Origin: an uncultured Pseudomonadota bacterium
GTDB lineage: Bacteria; Pseudomonadota; Alphaproteobacteria; Rhizobiales; Xanthobacteraceae
DNA length: 64,000 bases
Direction of reading: 5' to 3'
Assembly: GCA_963814065.1 (NCBI GenBank)
Contig: CAWFBL010000001.1
Span: 193,663 to 257,662, forward strand
The position numbers and the translations under genes are program-made. The notes under the pieces are model-generated. The model ran no database searches. It was not told the origin of the DNA and saw nothing but the letters and a program-made list of their open reading frames with translations. This document shows, piece after piece, positions 1 to 10,432 of the stretch (position 1 is its first letter; every line of letters starts with the position of its first letter).

Positions 1-1284
1 TCGCTGATCCTGGTCGGGGTCGTCGGCTTTTCCATGCTGCGCTCGGCCATGGTCGGGCAGAGCCTCATCGCCTTCGCCCATGGCGGCCTCAGCATCGACT
101 GGTCGAGCCTGAATGCCGGCCTCACCATGGCCGGACAGCAGATGTTCGACATCTCGACCAATCACGGGCTGACGGTCATTCCGCTGTTCGTGCTGATGGG
201 CGCCTTCATCCATCGCGCCGATCTATCGAGCGAGCTCTACGACGCCGCCAATGCCTTCGTGGGCCACCGCCGCGGCGGCTTGGCGATGGGCACCATCGTC
301 GCCTGCGGCGGCTTTGCCGCGGTCTGCGGCTCGTCGGTGGCCACCGCCGCCACCATGTCGCGCGTCGCCATGCCGTCGATGCGGCGCTACCGCTACGCCG
401 ACAGCCTGTCCACCGGCGCCATCGCCGCCGGCGGCACGCTCGGCATTCTGATTCCACCGAGCGTGCCGATGGTGATCTACGGCATCCTCGCGGAAGAAGA
501 CATCGGCAAGCTGTTCATCGCCGGCATCGTGCCCGGCGTGCTGCTGGTCGGCCTGTTCCTGGCGGCGGTCGCCTTCCAGATGACGCTCGATCCGGAGAAA
601 GGCCCGCCGGGCGTCTTGCGGAGCTGGCCGGAACGCATGCAGGCATTATCTGGCGTCTGGGGCGTCGTCGTGCTGTTCGCCGTCATCATCGGCGGCATTT
701 ATCTCGGCGTCTTCACGCCGACCGAGGCCGCCGCTATCGGCGCGACCGGCGCCTTCCTGTTTGCGCTGGCGCGCGGCAAGCTCGGCCTCAAGGGCACGTT
801 CGACGCGCTGGTCGAAAGCAGCATCACCACGACGATGATCTTCGTCGTCACCTTCGGCGCGCTGGTATTCTCCAACTTCATCAACATCGCCGGTCTCACC
901 GACGCCATGGTGAACCTGATCGACGGCCTGCATGCCTCGCCGCTCGGCGTCGTGCTGGTGATCTGCCTGATCTACATCGTGCTCGGCTGCGTGTTCGACA
1001 GCCTGGCGATGCTGATCCTGACCGTGCCGGTGTTTACCGCCATCCTGAAGCCCATGGGCGTCGACCTAATTTGGTTCGGCATCATCGTGATCATCGTCAT
1101 CGAGCTCGGGCTGATCACGCCGCCGATCGGCATGAACGTCTTCGTCGTCAATGCCGCCATTCCCGACGTCGATATCTGGACCGTGTATCGCGGCATCTGG
1201 CCGTTCATCATCGCGATGGTCGTTTGCCTCGCGCTCGTCATCGCCGTTCCGTCGTTGGCAACGCTGTTGCCGAAACTGATGTAG
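1..1284 (+). CDS. TRAP transporter large permease (DctM family), 5' end cut by window edge
   Basis: ORF 34..1284 stays open in the same frame back to nt 1. The protein is polytopic and hydrophobic, with DctM-like stretches (GTLGILIPPSVPMVIYG, LITPPIGMNVFV). It resembles the complete DctM at 35029..36321. Confidence 0.85.
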   Translation, partial: SLILVGVVGFSMLRSAMVGQSLIAFAHGGLSIDWSSLNAGLTMAGQQMFDISTNHGLTVIPLFVLMGAFIHRADLSSELYDAANAFVGHRRGGLAMGTIVACGGFAAVCGSSVATAATMSRVAMPSMRRYRYADSLSTGAIAAGGTLGILIPPSVPMVIYGILAEEDIGKLFIAGIVPGVLLVGLFLAAVAFQMTLDPEKGPPGVLRSWPERMQALSGVWGVVVLFAVIIGGIYLGVFTPTEAAAIGATGAFLFALARGKLGLKGTFDALVESSITTTMIFVVTFGALVFSNFINIAGLTDAMVNLIDGLHASPLGVVLVICLIYIVLGCVFDSLAMLILTVPVFTAILKPMGVDLIWFGIIVIIVIELGLITPPIGMNVFVVNAAIPDVDIWTVYRGIWPFIIAMVVCLALVIAVPSLATLLPKLM

Positions 1285-1350
1285 CGAACCGCCGGCCGCC
1301 ATGTGCAACGGCGCAAACGCGATGCGCCATTCGATATTGGAGTTCATGGA

Positions 1351-2985
1351 ATGCCCGCTGCCAAGAACGTGCTCTGGATCATGGCCGACCAATTGCGGTG
1401 GGACTACCTGTCCTGTTACGGCCACCCGCATTTGCACACGCCGCACCTCGACGCGCTGGCGGCCAAGGGCGTGCGCTTCGACGCCGCCTTCGTGCAGTCG
1501 CCGTTCTGCGGCCCCTCGCGCATGAGCTATTACACCGGGCGCTATTGCCGCTCGCATGGCTCGACCTGGAACGGCTTTCCGCTGCGCGTCGGCGAACCGA
1601 CGCTCGGCGATCATCTGCGCCCGCTCGGGGTGCGCGCCGCGCTGGTCGGCAAGACCCATATGATTCCCGATACGCAAGGCATGGAATGGCTCGGCATCGA
1701 TCCCCGTTCGCCGATCGGCGTGCTGCTGTCGGAGTGCGGTTTTGAGCCGTTCGAGCGCGACGACGGACTGCACCCGGACGGGCCCTACGATCCCGATCCG
1801 GCTTACGACAATTACCTGCGCCAGAAAGGCTTCCTCGGCCGCAATCCGTGGGAGGAATGGGCGAACTCGGCGGAAGGCGACGACGGCGAAATCCTTTCCG
1901 GCTGGTTGATGCGCTACGACAACCTGCCGGCGCGCGTTCCCGACGAACATTCCGAGACGCCCTATATGACGCAGCGGGCGATCGACTTCATGGACAAGGC
2001 CGGCGACCAGCCGTGGCTGTGCCATCTCTCCTACATCAAACCGCACTGGCCCTACATCGTGCCGGCGCCCTATCACAACATGTACGGCAAGGAACACATC
2101 CTGCCCCCCATCCGTTCGGAGGCTCAAAAGCACACCGATCATCCGGTCTATGCCGCCTACCAGAAGACGCGCGTCTGCCGCGCCTTCTCGCGCGACGAGG
2201 TGCGCGAGCGCGTGATCCCGGCCTATATGGGGCTCATCAAGCAGCTCGACGATCAGCTCGGCAAGCTGTTCGCCTACATGGAAAAGAACGGGCTCATGGA
2301 CAACACCATGATCGTGATGAGCTCCGACCATGGCGACCATCTCGGCGACCATTGGATGGGCGAGAAGGATCTGTTCTTCGAGCAGTCGGTGCGCGTGCCG
2401 CTGATCATCTACGATCCGCGCCGCGAGGCCGACGCCACCCGCGGCACGGCGACTGCCGAACTGGTCGAGGGCATCGATCTGGCGCCGACCTTCCTGGAGT
2501 TCTTCGGCGGCGAAGCCAAGCCGCATATCCTGGAAGGCCGAACTTTAAGCCCGCTCCTGCACCGCAAGGGCGCGCCGGAGAAGTGGCGGGATTACGTCAT
2601 CTCCGAATACGACTATGCCACCCGCCGCGCCCGCGTCTCGCTCGGCATCGACCAGGCCGACGCGCGGCTGATCATGGTGCGCGACAAGCGCTGGAAATAC
2701 GTACACTGCGAAGGCTTCCGGCCGATGCTGTTCGACCTCGAGACCGATCCGCAGGAGCTCAACGACCTCGGCGCCGATCCCGCTTACGAAGCCGAGCGCG
2801 CGCGGCTGGCCGACGCCATCTTCACCTGGGCGCGCCGGCACCACAGCCGCATCACCGTGACGCCTGAACGAGTCAATCAGATGGCCGGCCGCGAGCCGCC
2901 GGGAATCCTGATCGGCTACTGGGACGAGAAGGATTACGAAGAGGAATTCGGCAAGCCCTTCAAGCGGAGCACCGACTTGCGTTAG
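1351..2985 (+). CDS. Sulfatase (arylsulfatase family, Cys-type formylglycine site)
   Basis: N-terminus NVLWIMADQLRWD followed by SPFCGPSRMSYYTGR (C-x-P-x-R sulfatase signature); downstream SSDHGDHLGDH. I chose the ATG at 1351, preceded by GGAG, over the 1303 ORF start. Confidence 0.88.
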   Translation: MPAAKNVLWIMADQLRWDYLSCYGHPHLHTPHLDALAAKGVRFDAAFVQSPFCGPSRMSYYTGRYCRSHGSTWNGFPLRVGEPTLGDHLRPLGVRAALVGKTHMIPDTQGMEWLGIDPRSPIGVLLSECGFEPFERDDGLHPDGPYDPDPAYDNYLRQKGFLGRNPWEEWANSAEGDDGEILSGWLMRYDNLPARVPDEHSETPYMTQRAIDFMDKAGDQPWLCHLSYIKPHWPYIVPAPYHNMYGKEHILPPIRSEAQKHTDHPVYAAYQKTRVCRAFSRDEVRERVIPAYMGLIKQLDDQLGKLFAYMEKNGLMDNTMIVMSSDHGDHLGDHWMGEKDLFFEQSVRVPLIIYDPRREADATRGTATAELVEGIDLAPTFLEFFGGEAKPHILEGRTLSPLLHRKGAPEKWRDYVISEYDYATRRARVSLGIDQADARLIMVRDKRWKYVHCEGFRPMLFDLETDPQELNDLGADPAYEAERARLADAIFTWARRHHSRITVTPERVNQMAGREPPGILIGYWDEKDYEEEFGKPFKRSTDLR

Positions 2986-3009
2986 GCCTCGCGCTGCCGG
3001 ACGCGCGGT

Positions 3010-6000
3010 CTATTCCGCGGCCGATATTTTCCGCACGGCTTGTGCTTCGATGTCCTGCTCGCGCGAACGGCTGCGCGTGTCGCTTGTCGGCGTTGGCTCG
3101 CCTGAGTCCGCTTTCGTTTCGAGAGCGGCGGAGCGGACCTCTTCCTCCGCCACGCTGCAGGCCAAATCGGCCAGCGCATCCAGCGTCGCCGCCTCGACAA
3201 AGCGGGCGAGCGGGATCGACAGCCCGAGCGCGGCCTCGATGCGGTTCCACAATTCGAACGACGACAGCGAGTCGAGACCGATATCTCCGAGTGGCCGTTG
3301 CGCTTCGATCTTGGCCGGTTCGAGCCGCAACACCGCCGCGATCTCCTTGCGGATGATCGCTTCCGCATGCGGGCGGCGTTGCGCGGTATCGAGCTGCGCG
3401 AGCGATTGCGCCTGTGCCGCGCCCTCCGGGCCCTGTGCGAGTGCGGCTAAGCGCGACGAACGGGCAAGCGCGGTTTCACTCGCGCGCAGGCGCGCCCAGT
3501 CCGCCGCCGCAAACGTAAGCCCAGTGGCTTCGCTCGCCAGCGCCATGCGTGCCGCCCGTAAGGCTTCGCCGTCTGCTATCGGCAGCCAGCCGGCGCTTTG
3601 CAGATAGCTGGTCATCGCCCCGCTGCGGGCGACGAAGCCGGATTCGCCGAGCATGCCGAGATTGAGACAGACGCCGGGAATGCCGTGCGCGCGCTGCGCC
3701 CGCGCCAGGCCTTCGAGGAAGGCATTGGCGCCGGCGTAATTACTCTGGCCGCGCCAGCCGAGCACCTGCGCCAGCGACGAAATCGAGAGGAAGAAGTCGA
3801 GTTCCGCGCCGCTGGAGATCGCCGCTTGCGTCAGGTTGAGCCCGCCCGCCACTTTGGGCGCGAACACTGCCGCGATGCTGTCGGGCGTCATGCGCGCGAG
3901 CGGCGCATCGTCATAAGCGACGGCGGCGTGAACGATGCCTTTGAGCGGCTTCGAGCTATTTGCCAGATCGCGCACGATGGCTTCGACTTGGTTCTTGTCG
4001 GCGACGTCGAGCGCGAGGCAGACGATGTCCTTGCCCGCCGCCTTGAGGCGGGCGATCTCGTCCGCCATCGCGTCGCGCGCCACGCCCGAACGCGAGGCCA
4101 GGATGATGCGGCCGGCGCCCGCTGCGGCAATATCCCGGCCGATGGCAAAGCAGAAGCCGGAAAGCCCGCCGGTGACGAGATAGCCGCCGTCGGGATCGAG
4201 CGCGATACCGTCGGCTGCGGCGCGCACGGCCGCGTCGGCATCGCGCATGTCGACGACGATCTTGCCGATGTGCTTGGCTTGCGCAAAGTGGCGGAACGCG
4301 TCCGTCACCCGGCTCGCCGGGAAGACGGTGAGCGGGGGTGGTGCGATCTCGCCCGATGCGAACATCGCAATCAGTTCGTCCATCAGCTCGCGGACCAGCG
4401 TCGGCCGCTCGTCGAGCAGCGCCGCAAGGTCGACCACGTGAAACGAAATATTGCGGCGGAGCGCCTTCAGCCCGAGTGAGCGGTCTTCGTAGACATCGCG
4501 CTTGCCGAGCTCGACGAAACGGCCCGAGGGAGCGAGACACGCCAGGCCTTTCTCGATGAACGGGCCGGGCAGGGCGTTGAGCAAAAGGTCGACGCCCTGG
4601 CCGCCGGTCGCCGCCAGCACCTCTTCGGCGAAATCGAGCGAGCGCGAGTCCATCGCCATGCGCACGCCGAGCGACTTGAGATAATCGCGTTTCTCCGCGC
4701 TGCCGGCGGTGGCAAAGACCGTGACGCCGAGCCGCTTGGCGAGCGCAATGGCGGCGACGCCGACGCCGCCGGCGCCGGAATGCACGAGGATGGTCTCGCC
4801 GGCGCGCAGACGCCCGAGATGACTGAGCGCGTAATGGGCGGTGAGATAGACGGAAGGAATGGCCGCCGCCTGCTCGTCGTTCAAGTTCGGCGGTACACGA
4901 TAGACGCGACCGGCAGGAAGCGTCAGGTCGCGGCACAGGCTGCCGCGCGCCATGCCAAAGACGCGGTCACCCGGCGCCAAATCGCCGACATCGTCTCCAA
5001 GACCCTCGATGCTACCGGCGAATTCCAGCCCCAGCGCCGCGCCGGCTTCGTCCTTCTCCGCCTCCTTGGGCAGCAGTCCGGTCGCCGCCATGACGTCGCG
5101 GAAATTCAGGCCGGCGGCGCCGACGCGCACGCGGACGTCGCCCGCGCCGGGCGCGCCGCTGTCGCACTCCTGCCAGGCCAGCGCGTCGATGCCCTGCGGC
5201 CCCTGCGGCTTGAGCGCAAAGCTGCGATTGCGCGGCAGCCGCGCGGCGGGGCGCGCGCGCAATACAAAGTCCTTTTGCGGCTTGGCGACGAGGCGCGATA
5301 CCCGCGGCTTGCCGTTGCGCACGCAGTATTCCTCGCCGCTATTCATCGACACCAGAGCAGCCGCGGTGCGCACGGGGTCGCGCAGCGTGGCATCGTCGAA
5401 ATCGGCGAGAGAGATCGGCACGTCCGCGCATTCGATGGCCAGCGTACGGGCGACGCCAATGAGCGCGCTCTGCGCGAGGCCTTCCATGCCAAGGGAGTCA
5501 TCGGGAGTGCGCGCCTGGCGCGTCATCATAATGACGCGCGGCGAAGCCCGACCGCTAGCGGACAAACGGATGAGCGCCTGTCCGAATGCGACGATCTGTG
5601 CCGCCGCATCGACGAGATCGGGACAGCAGGGCCACTCTTCGTCCGCCATATCGAGCGGCAGCGCATAGGCAATGGCGCTCGGGGCGCCGTGCCGTGCCGT
5701 GGCGAAGCTCTGCGTAATCGCTCGCTTGACGGCCGCGCCATCCCCGCCGTCGACAAATTCAACGTGCGCGTCCTTGGCCGCAAGCGCATCGGCGAGCACC
5801 TTCGCGCGTGCGCCGCCTGGTGCCGAGACGATGGTCCAATGCTTCGTCGCCTCGGCAATGGGCGCGGCGTCCGGCTCGACGAACGTCTCTTCGATGAAGA
5901 TGGGCTCGTCCGCTGCCTGCCGCCGCGCGCCCGGCATCTCGATGGCGCGCGCGTGCAGCCCTTCGATGCGCACGCGCGTGCGGCCACTGCTATCGGCAAT

Positions 6001-9000
6001 CGAAAGCGCAAATTCGCCGCTGCCCTCCTGCGTGTCCAGTCTGGTCGCGGCATCGACCGTCGCCGTGCGCCCCAACCGCCCGTCGATCACGATACGGTCG
6101 ATGCGCTCCGGCAACAGCGGGCCGGCGACGCTATCCGGTTGCGCCATTAGTTCGGCAATGATCACCTGCAGACAGGAGTCGAGCAGGCGCGGATCGAGCG
6201 TCGCGTCATCGATGAGCGTTGCGTCGCCATCCGGCAGCCGCACTTCCGCGCGCAAGGCTCCGTTGCCACGCGCAATATGCCGGACGCCGCGGAAGCGCGG
6301 GCCGAAGCCATAGCCGATCGCTTCCGCCTTTTGATAAAGCGCATCCACATCGATCGCGTCCGGCGTGTCACCGCTCTCGATCGTGGCAAGGGTACGGTCG
6401 CGCGTATGCGCGAACAGCAGCGCTTCCGCGCGCAACACCCACGGTGCCGATCCGCCCTTATGCCGGCTCCAGATGCGCAACCGCGCGCGCTCGGCCTCAT
6501 AGACCGTGCGCAGCACGACGCGGTCGTCATTGCCGATAAACAGCGCTTCCGGCAGCCGCACGTCGCGCAATTCGAGCGCGCTGTCGCCGAAGATTTCCGC
6601 GCCGGCCGCGCGCATCATGGCGATAATCGCGGCGCCCGGCAGCACCACCGACCCCATGATGCGGTGGTCGCCGAGCACGGGATAGGCGGCAAGCGACAGT
6701 TGGCTCGACCAGGTCTGGCCCGGGCTATTTTCGCGCGCGCCGAGCAATGAATAGGAAATCGTCGGAAAGAGAACCTCGCGCGCCTCTTCCGGCATCTTCC
6801 ACAACGTCTCTTGCAGCCACGGCATCTGCGGCAGCGGCGCGTTGTCGTTGCTCTCGAACACGCGCGCCCAGGCGATATCGAGGCCGCTGACATAAAGCTC
6901 AGCCAGCGCCTGGTTGAAGGCGTCGAAATCGTCCTGCCCGCGCTGCAACGTGGTCGCGGCCGTGACCTGCCGGCCCTTGGCGGCGGCGCAGGCGACCGTC
7001 GGTCCCGACAGCGTGCGCGAAGGTCCGAGCTCGACAAAGCGCGCCGCTCCATCATCGAGCGCATAATCGACGGCGCGGTCGAAGCGCACCGGGTAGCGCA
7101 GATTGCGCCACCAGTAATGGGTGTCGAAGCGCGTTTCCGGCGCGCCGGTGACGGTGGAGATTACCGAAATGCGCGGCGCCTGCCACGGCTGCTCGCCGAC
7201 CGCTTGCTTGAAGATGTGCTCGCCCGGCTCGAGCCAGCTCGAATGCCAGGCGAAATCGAGGTCGAGCACGCGCGTCGGAATGTTCGGATCGTGCGCGGCA
7301 ATAACGGCGATCAGCCGCTCGATGGCGGGACGTTCGCCGCTCACCGTCACCATGGTCGGCGAATTATAGGCGCCGATCTCGACCGATCCGTCGTCGGGAA
7401 GAAACCGGGCGAGCGCTTCGGCGCCGAGCCCGATCGCCGCCATGCCGCCGATGCGGTCGATATGGCCGCGGATCAGACCGCGCTCGTCGACCAGATGGGC
7501 AACGTCCTCGAGCGCTATGGCGCCGGCAAGATAGGCGGCGGTCACTTCGCCGAAGCTGTGGCCGATGACCATGTCTGGCACGACACCGACCGACTTCCAC
7601 ACTTCGGCGAGGCCCGCCTGTAGCGCGAACATGACGGCGGGGGTCACTGCCGGATCGTGTAGCCGGCTCGCGCTCTCGTCGGCCGCCAGCGCCTCGACGA
7701 CCGACCAGCCGGCGCCGGGCGCAAACAGCGCGTCGAACTCTTCGACGAAGCGGCGGAACACCGGATGGCCGTTGAGGAAGCGCCGTCCCATGTTCCAGAA
7801 CTGGCCGCCTTGCCCGGTGCAGGTGAAGACGAGCTTGCCCGCGTTGTTTCGCGCGCTGCCTTTGACGATCATCGCCGGCGCGCGCTTGTCCGGCTTCGGC
7901 CAGTCGCGTCCGTCGGCGAGCGCAGTCAGCTTTTCGGCGAGGTCGATGTTATCGCGCGCCATCACTACGGCGCGTTGATCGAAATGGTCGCGCTGGCGGA
8001 CGAGCGAAGCGCCTAAGGTCGCGAGCGGCACATGACATAATGAGCCGCCTTCGCTGACGGCCTCTGCCAACGCGCGCGCCCAGATGGCCAGATGCGCGGG
8101 TGTCGGTGCCGACAGGGGAATGGGTGTCAGCTCGGGGACGCGCGCGGGGGCGAGGCGCGCGATGCTGGCGCGGCGGGCAGGGGCTCCGTACCGCGAGAGC
8201 AGGGCGCAGGCATTGGTGCCGCCGAAGCCGAAGGAATTAACCAGCGCGTGCGCGGGTGCATCGCGGTCGAGCGCCACAGCGCGCTTGACGACGTCTATGT
8301 TCAAGGCATCGAACGGAATGCGTTCGTTCGGCGTGTTGAAATTGATGCTCGGCGGAATCTCCCCGCGCGCGAGCACCAGCGCGGTCTTGATCAGGCCGGC
8401 GATGCCGGCGGCCGGCTCGAGATGGCCGATGTTGCACTTCACCGAGCCGATGGGCAGGGGGCCTCGTTCATGCGCCCGGCCGAACACTTCGCCGATGGCG
8501 TCGGCTTCGATCGGATCGCCGAGCGGCGTGCCGGTCCCGTGCGCTTCCACGTAGGCGACTTCGTCGGCGCCGATGCCGGCCTTGGCGACGGCTTCCTGCA
8601 GCATCGCCTTTTGCGCCGCCGGGTTGGGCGCAGTGATGCTGTCGGTGCCGCCATCCTGGTTGACCGCGGTCGACTTGATGACCGCGTAGATGCGATCGCC
8701 GTCGCGCAGTGCATCCTCGAGCCGCTTGAGCAAGACGATGCCGGCGCCTTCGCCGCGCACGAAACCGTCGGCGTTCGAGTCGAAGGCCGCGATGCGGCCA
8801 GCGCGCGAGAGCATATGCGCGCGGCAGAAGGTCATGAACATGCGCGGGTCGAGCAGGACATTGACGCCGCCCACCAGCGCAACGTCCGCCGTCTCCTCGC
8901 GCAGCGCGCGGCAGCCGATGTCGAGCGCGACCAGCGACGACGAGCAGGCGGTATCGACGCCGAGACTGGGTCCGCGCAGGTCGAACGCGTTTGAAAGACG

Positions 9001-9462
9001 GTTGGCGACGATGCTCAGCGCGGTGCCGGTGCCGGCCTGGATGTCGGCAACGCCGGTTTCGAAGCGTTGCAGCAGGCTGTAATCGGTGTTGGAGACGCCG
9101 ATGAACACGCCGGTGCGCCCTTCGCGCAACTGCTTGAGCGGCATGTTCGCGTCTTGCGCGGCCTCAAAGGCGATCTGCAGCAGGAGGCGTTGCTGCGGGT
9201 CCATGGCTTCGGCTTCGCGCCGCGACAGGCCGAAGAAGTCGGGATCGAACGACGCGATATCGTCGAGGAAGCCACCCCATTTTGAATAGGAGCGGAAGGG
9301 ATTGTCCGGCGTCGGATCGTAGAAGCCGTCGAGGCTCCAGCGGTCGGCGGGGATCTCGCGGATCGCGCTTCTGCCGGCGGCGAGCAGCGACCAGAACGAG
9401 CCCGGGTCGGCCACGCCGCCGGGAAAGCGGCAACCCATTCCGATAATGGCGATCGCGGTCAA
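3010..9462 (-). CDS. Type I polyketide synthase / FAS-like megasynthase, single fully reducing module KS-AT-DH-ER-KR-ACP
   Basis: 2150-aa intact ORF. Motifs: KS DTACSSS (Cys173), EAHGTGT (His308), NIGHLE (His347). AT GHSFGE (Ser636) with Arg661 and an unusual FAWH motif (737-740). DH HRIMGSVVLPGAA (His933) and DSCLQ (1095-1099). ER LVHSGAGGVG (1559-1568). KR YLVTGGLSGFCFAIG (1761-1775) and SNYAGANAF. ACP GLDSLS (Ser2065). Approximate domain coordinates: KS 9462-8188, AT 7830-6958, DH 6765-5923, ER 5190-4249, KR 4185-3628, ACP 3360-3148. No TE, R or C domain follows the ACP, only a charged tail of about 45 aa. Confidence 0.93.
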   Translation of the reverse strand: MTAIAIIGMGCRFPGGVADPGSFWSLLAAGRSAIREIPADRWSLDGFYDPTPDNPFRSYSKWGGFLDDIASFDPDFFGLSRREAEAMDPQQRLLLQIAFEAAQDANMPLKQLREGRTGVFIGVSNTDYSLLQRFETGVADIQAGTGTALSIVANRLSNAFDLRGPSLGVDTACSSSLVALDIGCRALREETADVALVGGVNVLLDPRMFMTFCRAHMLSRAGRIAAFDSNADGFVRGEGAGIVLLKRLEDALRDGDRIYAVIKSTAVNQDGGTDSITAPNPAAQKAMLQEAVAKAGIGADEVAYVEAHGTGTPLGDPIEADAIGEVFGRAHERGPLPIGSVKCNIGHLEPAAGIAGLIKTALVLARGEIPPSINFNTPNERIPFDALNIDVVKRAVALDRDAPAHALVNSFGFGGTNACALLSRYGAPARRASIARLAPARVPELTPIPLSAPTPAHLAIWARALAEAVSEGGSLCHVPLATLGASLVRQRDHFDQRAVVMARDNIDLAEKLTALADGRDWPKPDKRAPAMIVKGSARNNAGKLVFTCTGQGGQFWNMGRRFLNGHPVFRRFVEEFDALFAPGAGWSVVEALAADESASRLHDPAVTPAVMFALQAGLAEVWKSVGVVPDMVIGHSFGEVTAAYLAGAIALEDVAHLVDERGLIRGHIDRIGGMAAIGLGAEALARFLPDDGSVEIGAYNSPTMVTVSGERPAIERLIAVIAAHDPNIPTRVLDLDFAWHSSWLEPGEHIFKQAVGEQPWQAPRISVISTVTGAPETRFDTHYWWRNLRYPVRFDRAVDYALDDGAARFVELGPSRTLSGPTVACAAAKGRQVTAATTLQRGQDDFDAFNQALAELYVSGLDIAWARVFESNDNAPLPQMPWLQETLWKMPEEAREVLFPTISYSLLGARENSPGQTWSSQLSLAAYPVLGDHRIMGSVVLPGAAIIAMMRAAGAEIFGDSALELRDVRLPEALFIGNDDRVVLRTVYEAERARLRIWSRHKGGSAPWVLRAEALLFAHTRDRTLATIESGDTPDAIDVDALYQKAEAIGYGFGPRFRGVRHIARGNGALRAEVRLPDGDATLIDDATLDPRLLDSCLQVIIAELMAQPDSVAGPLLPERIDRIVIDGRLGRTATVDAATRLDTQEGSGEFALSIADSSGRTRVRIEGLHARAIEMPGARRQAADEPIFIEETFVEPDAAPIAEATKHWTIVSAPGGARAKVLADALAAKDAHVEFVDGGDGAAVKRAITQSFATARHGAPSAIAYALPLDMADEEWPCCPDLVDAAAQIVAFGQALIRLSASGRASPRVIMMTRQARTPDDSLGMEGLAQSALIGVARTLAIECADVPISLADFDDATLRDPVRTAAALVSMNSGEEYCVRNGKPRVSRLVAKPQKDFVLRARPAARLPRNRSFALKPQGPQGIDALAWQECDSGAPGAGDVRVRVGAAGLNFRDVMAATGLLPKEAEKDEAGAALGLEFAGSIEGLGDDVGDLAPGDRVFGMARGSLCRDLTLPAGRVYRVPPNLNDEQAAAIPSVYLTAHYALSHLGRLRAGETILVHSGAGGVGVAAIALAKRLGVTVFATAGSAEKRDYLKSLGVRMAMDSRSLDFAEEVLAATGGQGVDLLLNALPGPFIEKGLACLAPSGRFVELGKRDVYEDRSLGLKALRRNISFHVVDLAALLDERPTLVRELMDELIAMFASGEIAPPPLTVFPASRVTDAFRHFAQAKHIGKIVVDMRDADAAVRAAADGIALDPDGGYLVTGGLSGFCFAIGRDIAAAGAGRIILASRSGVARDAMADEIARLKAAGKDIVCLALDVADKNQVEAIVRDLANSSKPLKGIVHAAVAYDDAPLARMTPDSIAAVFAPKVAGGLNLTQAAISSGAELDFFLSISSLAQVLGWRGQSNYAGANAFLEGLARAQRAHGIPGVCLNLGMLGESGFVARSGAMTSYLQSAGWLPIADGEALRAARMALASEATGLTFAAADWARLRASETALARSSRLAALAQGPEGAAQAQSLAQLDTAQRRPHAEAIIRKEIAAVLRLEPAKIEAQRPLGDIGLDSLSSFELWNRIEAALGLSIPLARFVEAATLDALADLACSVAEEEVRSAALETKADSGEPTPTSDTRSRSREQDIEAQAVRKISAAE

Positions 9463-9691
9463 GACGGCTTCCTCGGCGGCTGCCTCATATTCGGATTATG
9501 CTATGCTTTCGCTCACTCTATGCAGCGACCGCCACCATGACCGCAAGTGGCCCTCCCGCGCGGCGCGGTTTCCCTGCAATTTCAATACCCTGACCCTTCA
9601 CCATTTTATTTCGCCGGATGCCCGCATAGGCTTCCTGCGCCGGCATGTCTGAAGCCGAGCTACGGTCAGGCGCGATCAGGAGGCGGCTGCC

Positions 9692-10432
9692 ATGCTCCGC
9701 GACACAGTGGGTCCCACCTTGGCTGCGGCACTCTTGGCTCTGGTCGCGGCGGCCTCTGGCTGCCGCGCGGCGCCCGTCGCTTGCCCCAATGATATCGGCC
9801 AATTCAGTCCGAAGAACGGTGACATTTTCATCGCCTCGGCGGCAAATCCCCTGCGGCGGATCCGCGACCTCGCCGGCGGCGTGGCGCCGTCGATCTCGCT
9901 GAAGCCGGACGATCATATCTCATTCTATTATTTCGCCGCGCCCGACGCATTGTCCGCGCCGATGGTGTTCGCGCTCATCCGCGCCTACAAAATTCGCGCC
10001 GATCACTCGACCTCGCTGGACCCGGGCGACGTCTGGGTTTCGAATTCATTGTCGGAGCACAAGAAAGTACCGGCCACCGACTACAATTATTTCCACAACG
10101 ACAAGCGCCTCGGACCGAATATCCTGCGCACCAAATTTCACATGAAGTTTTATGACGTCTTTTACAAGCTGGACAACAGCTACGACGATCTCGACGATCC
10201 TGGCGTCTATGCGCTGCCCAAGGGCACGGAATTCAACGGCTACAAGGCGCGCATGCAGCGAATAAAGGGCTTCCCGCAGGGCGGACGTTGCGTGGTCTTC
10301 GAGCTGTTCCGTAGGAAGACATTCGCCGCCGCGCTCGACTTCTTCTCGCTCTCGCTGGTGGCGCTTGCCGACGACCGCGATCGTCCCAACGACCGGGTGT
10401 CGTTCACGGTCAAATTCGCGGCTTCGCCCTGA
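9692..10432 (+). CDS. Hypothetical exported protein with a lipobox-like signal peptide
   Basis: N-terminus MLRDTVGPTLAAALLALVAAASGC (signal peptide ending A-S-G-C). GC3-biased codon usage supports coding. No family recognised. The mature part carries two further Cys (PVACPND, GGRCVVF). The stop overlaps the next start (TGATG). Confidence 0.6.
   Translation: MLRDTVGPTLAAALLALVAAASGCRAAPVACPNDIGQFSPKNGDIFIASAANPLRRIRDLAGGVAPSISLKPDDHISFYYFAAPDALSAPMVFALIRAYKIRADHSTSLDPGDVWVSNSLSEHKKVPATDYNYFHNDKRLGPNILRTKFHMKFYDVFYKLDNSYDDLDDPGVYALPKGTEFNGYKARMQRIKGFPQGGRCVVFELFRRKTFAAALDFFSLSLVALADDRDRPNDRVSFTVKFAASP

Noticed and set aside
9900-10250. A/T-richer composition inside the lipoprotein-like gene as evidence of a genomic island.
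   Set aside because: The impression is by eye only, with no computed GC, and it covers under 1 kb. There are no flanking tRNA, integrase or direct repeats. I kept it only as a supporting remark in the finding on that gene pair.
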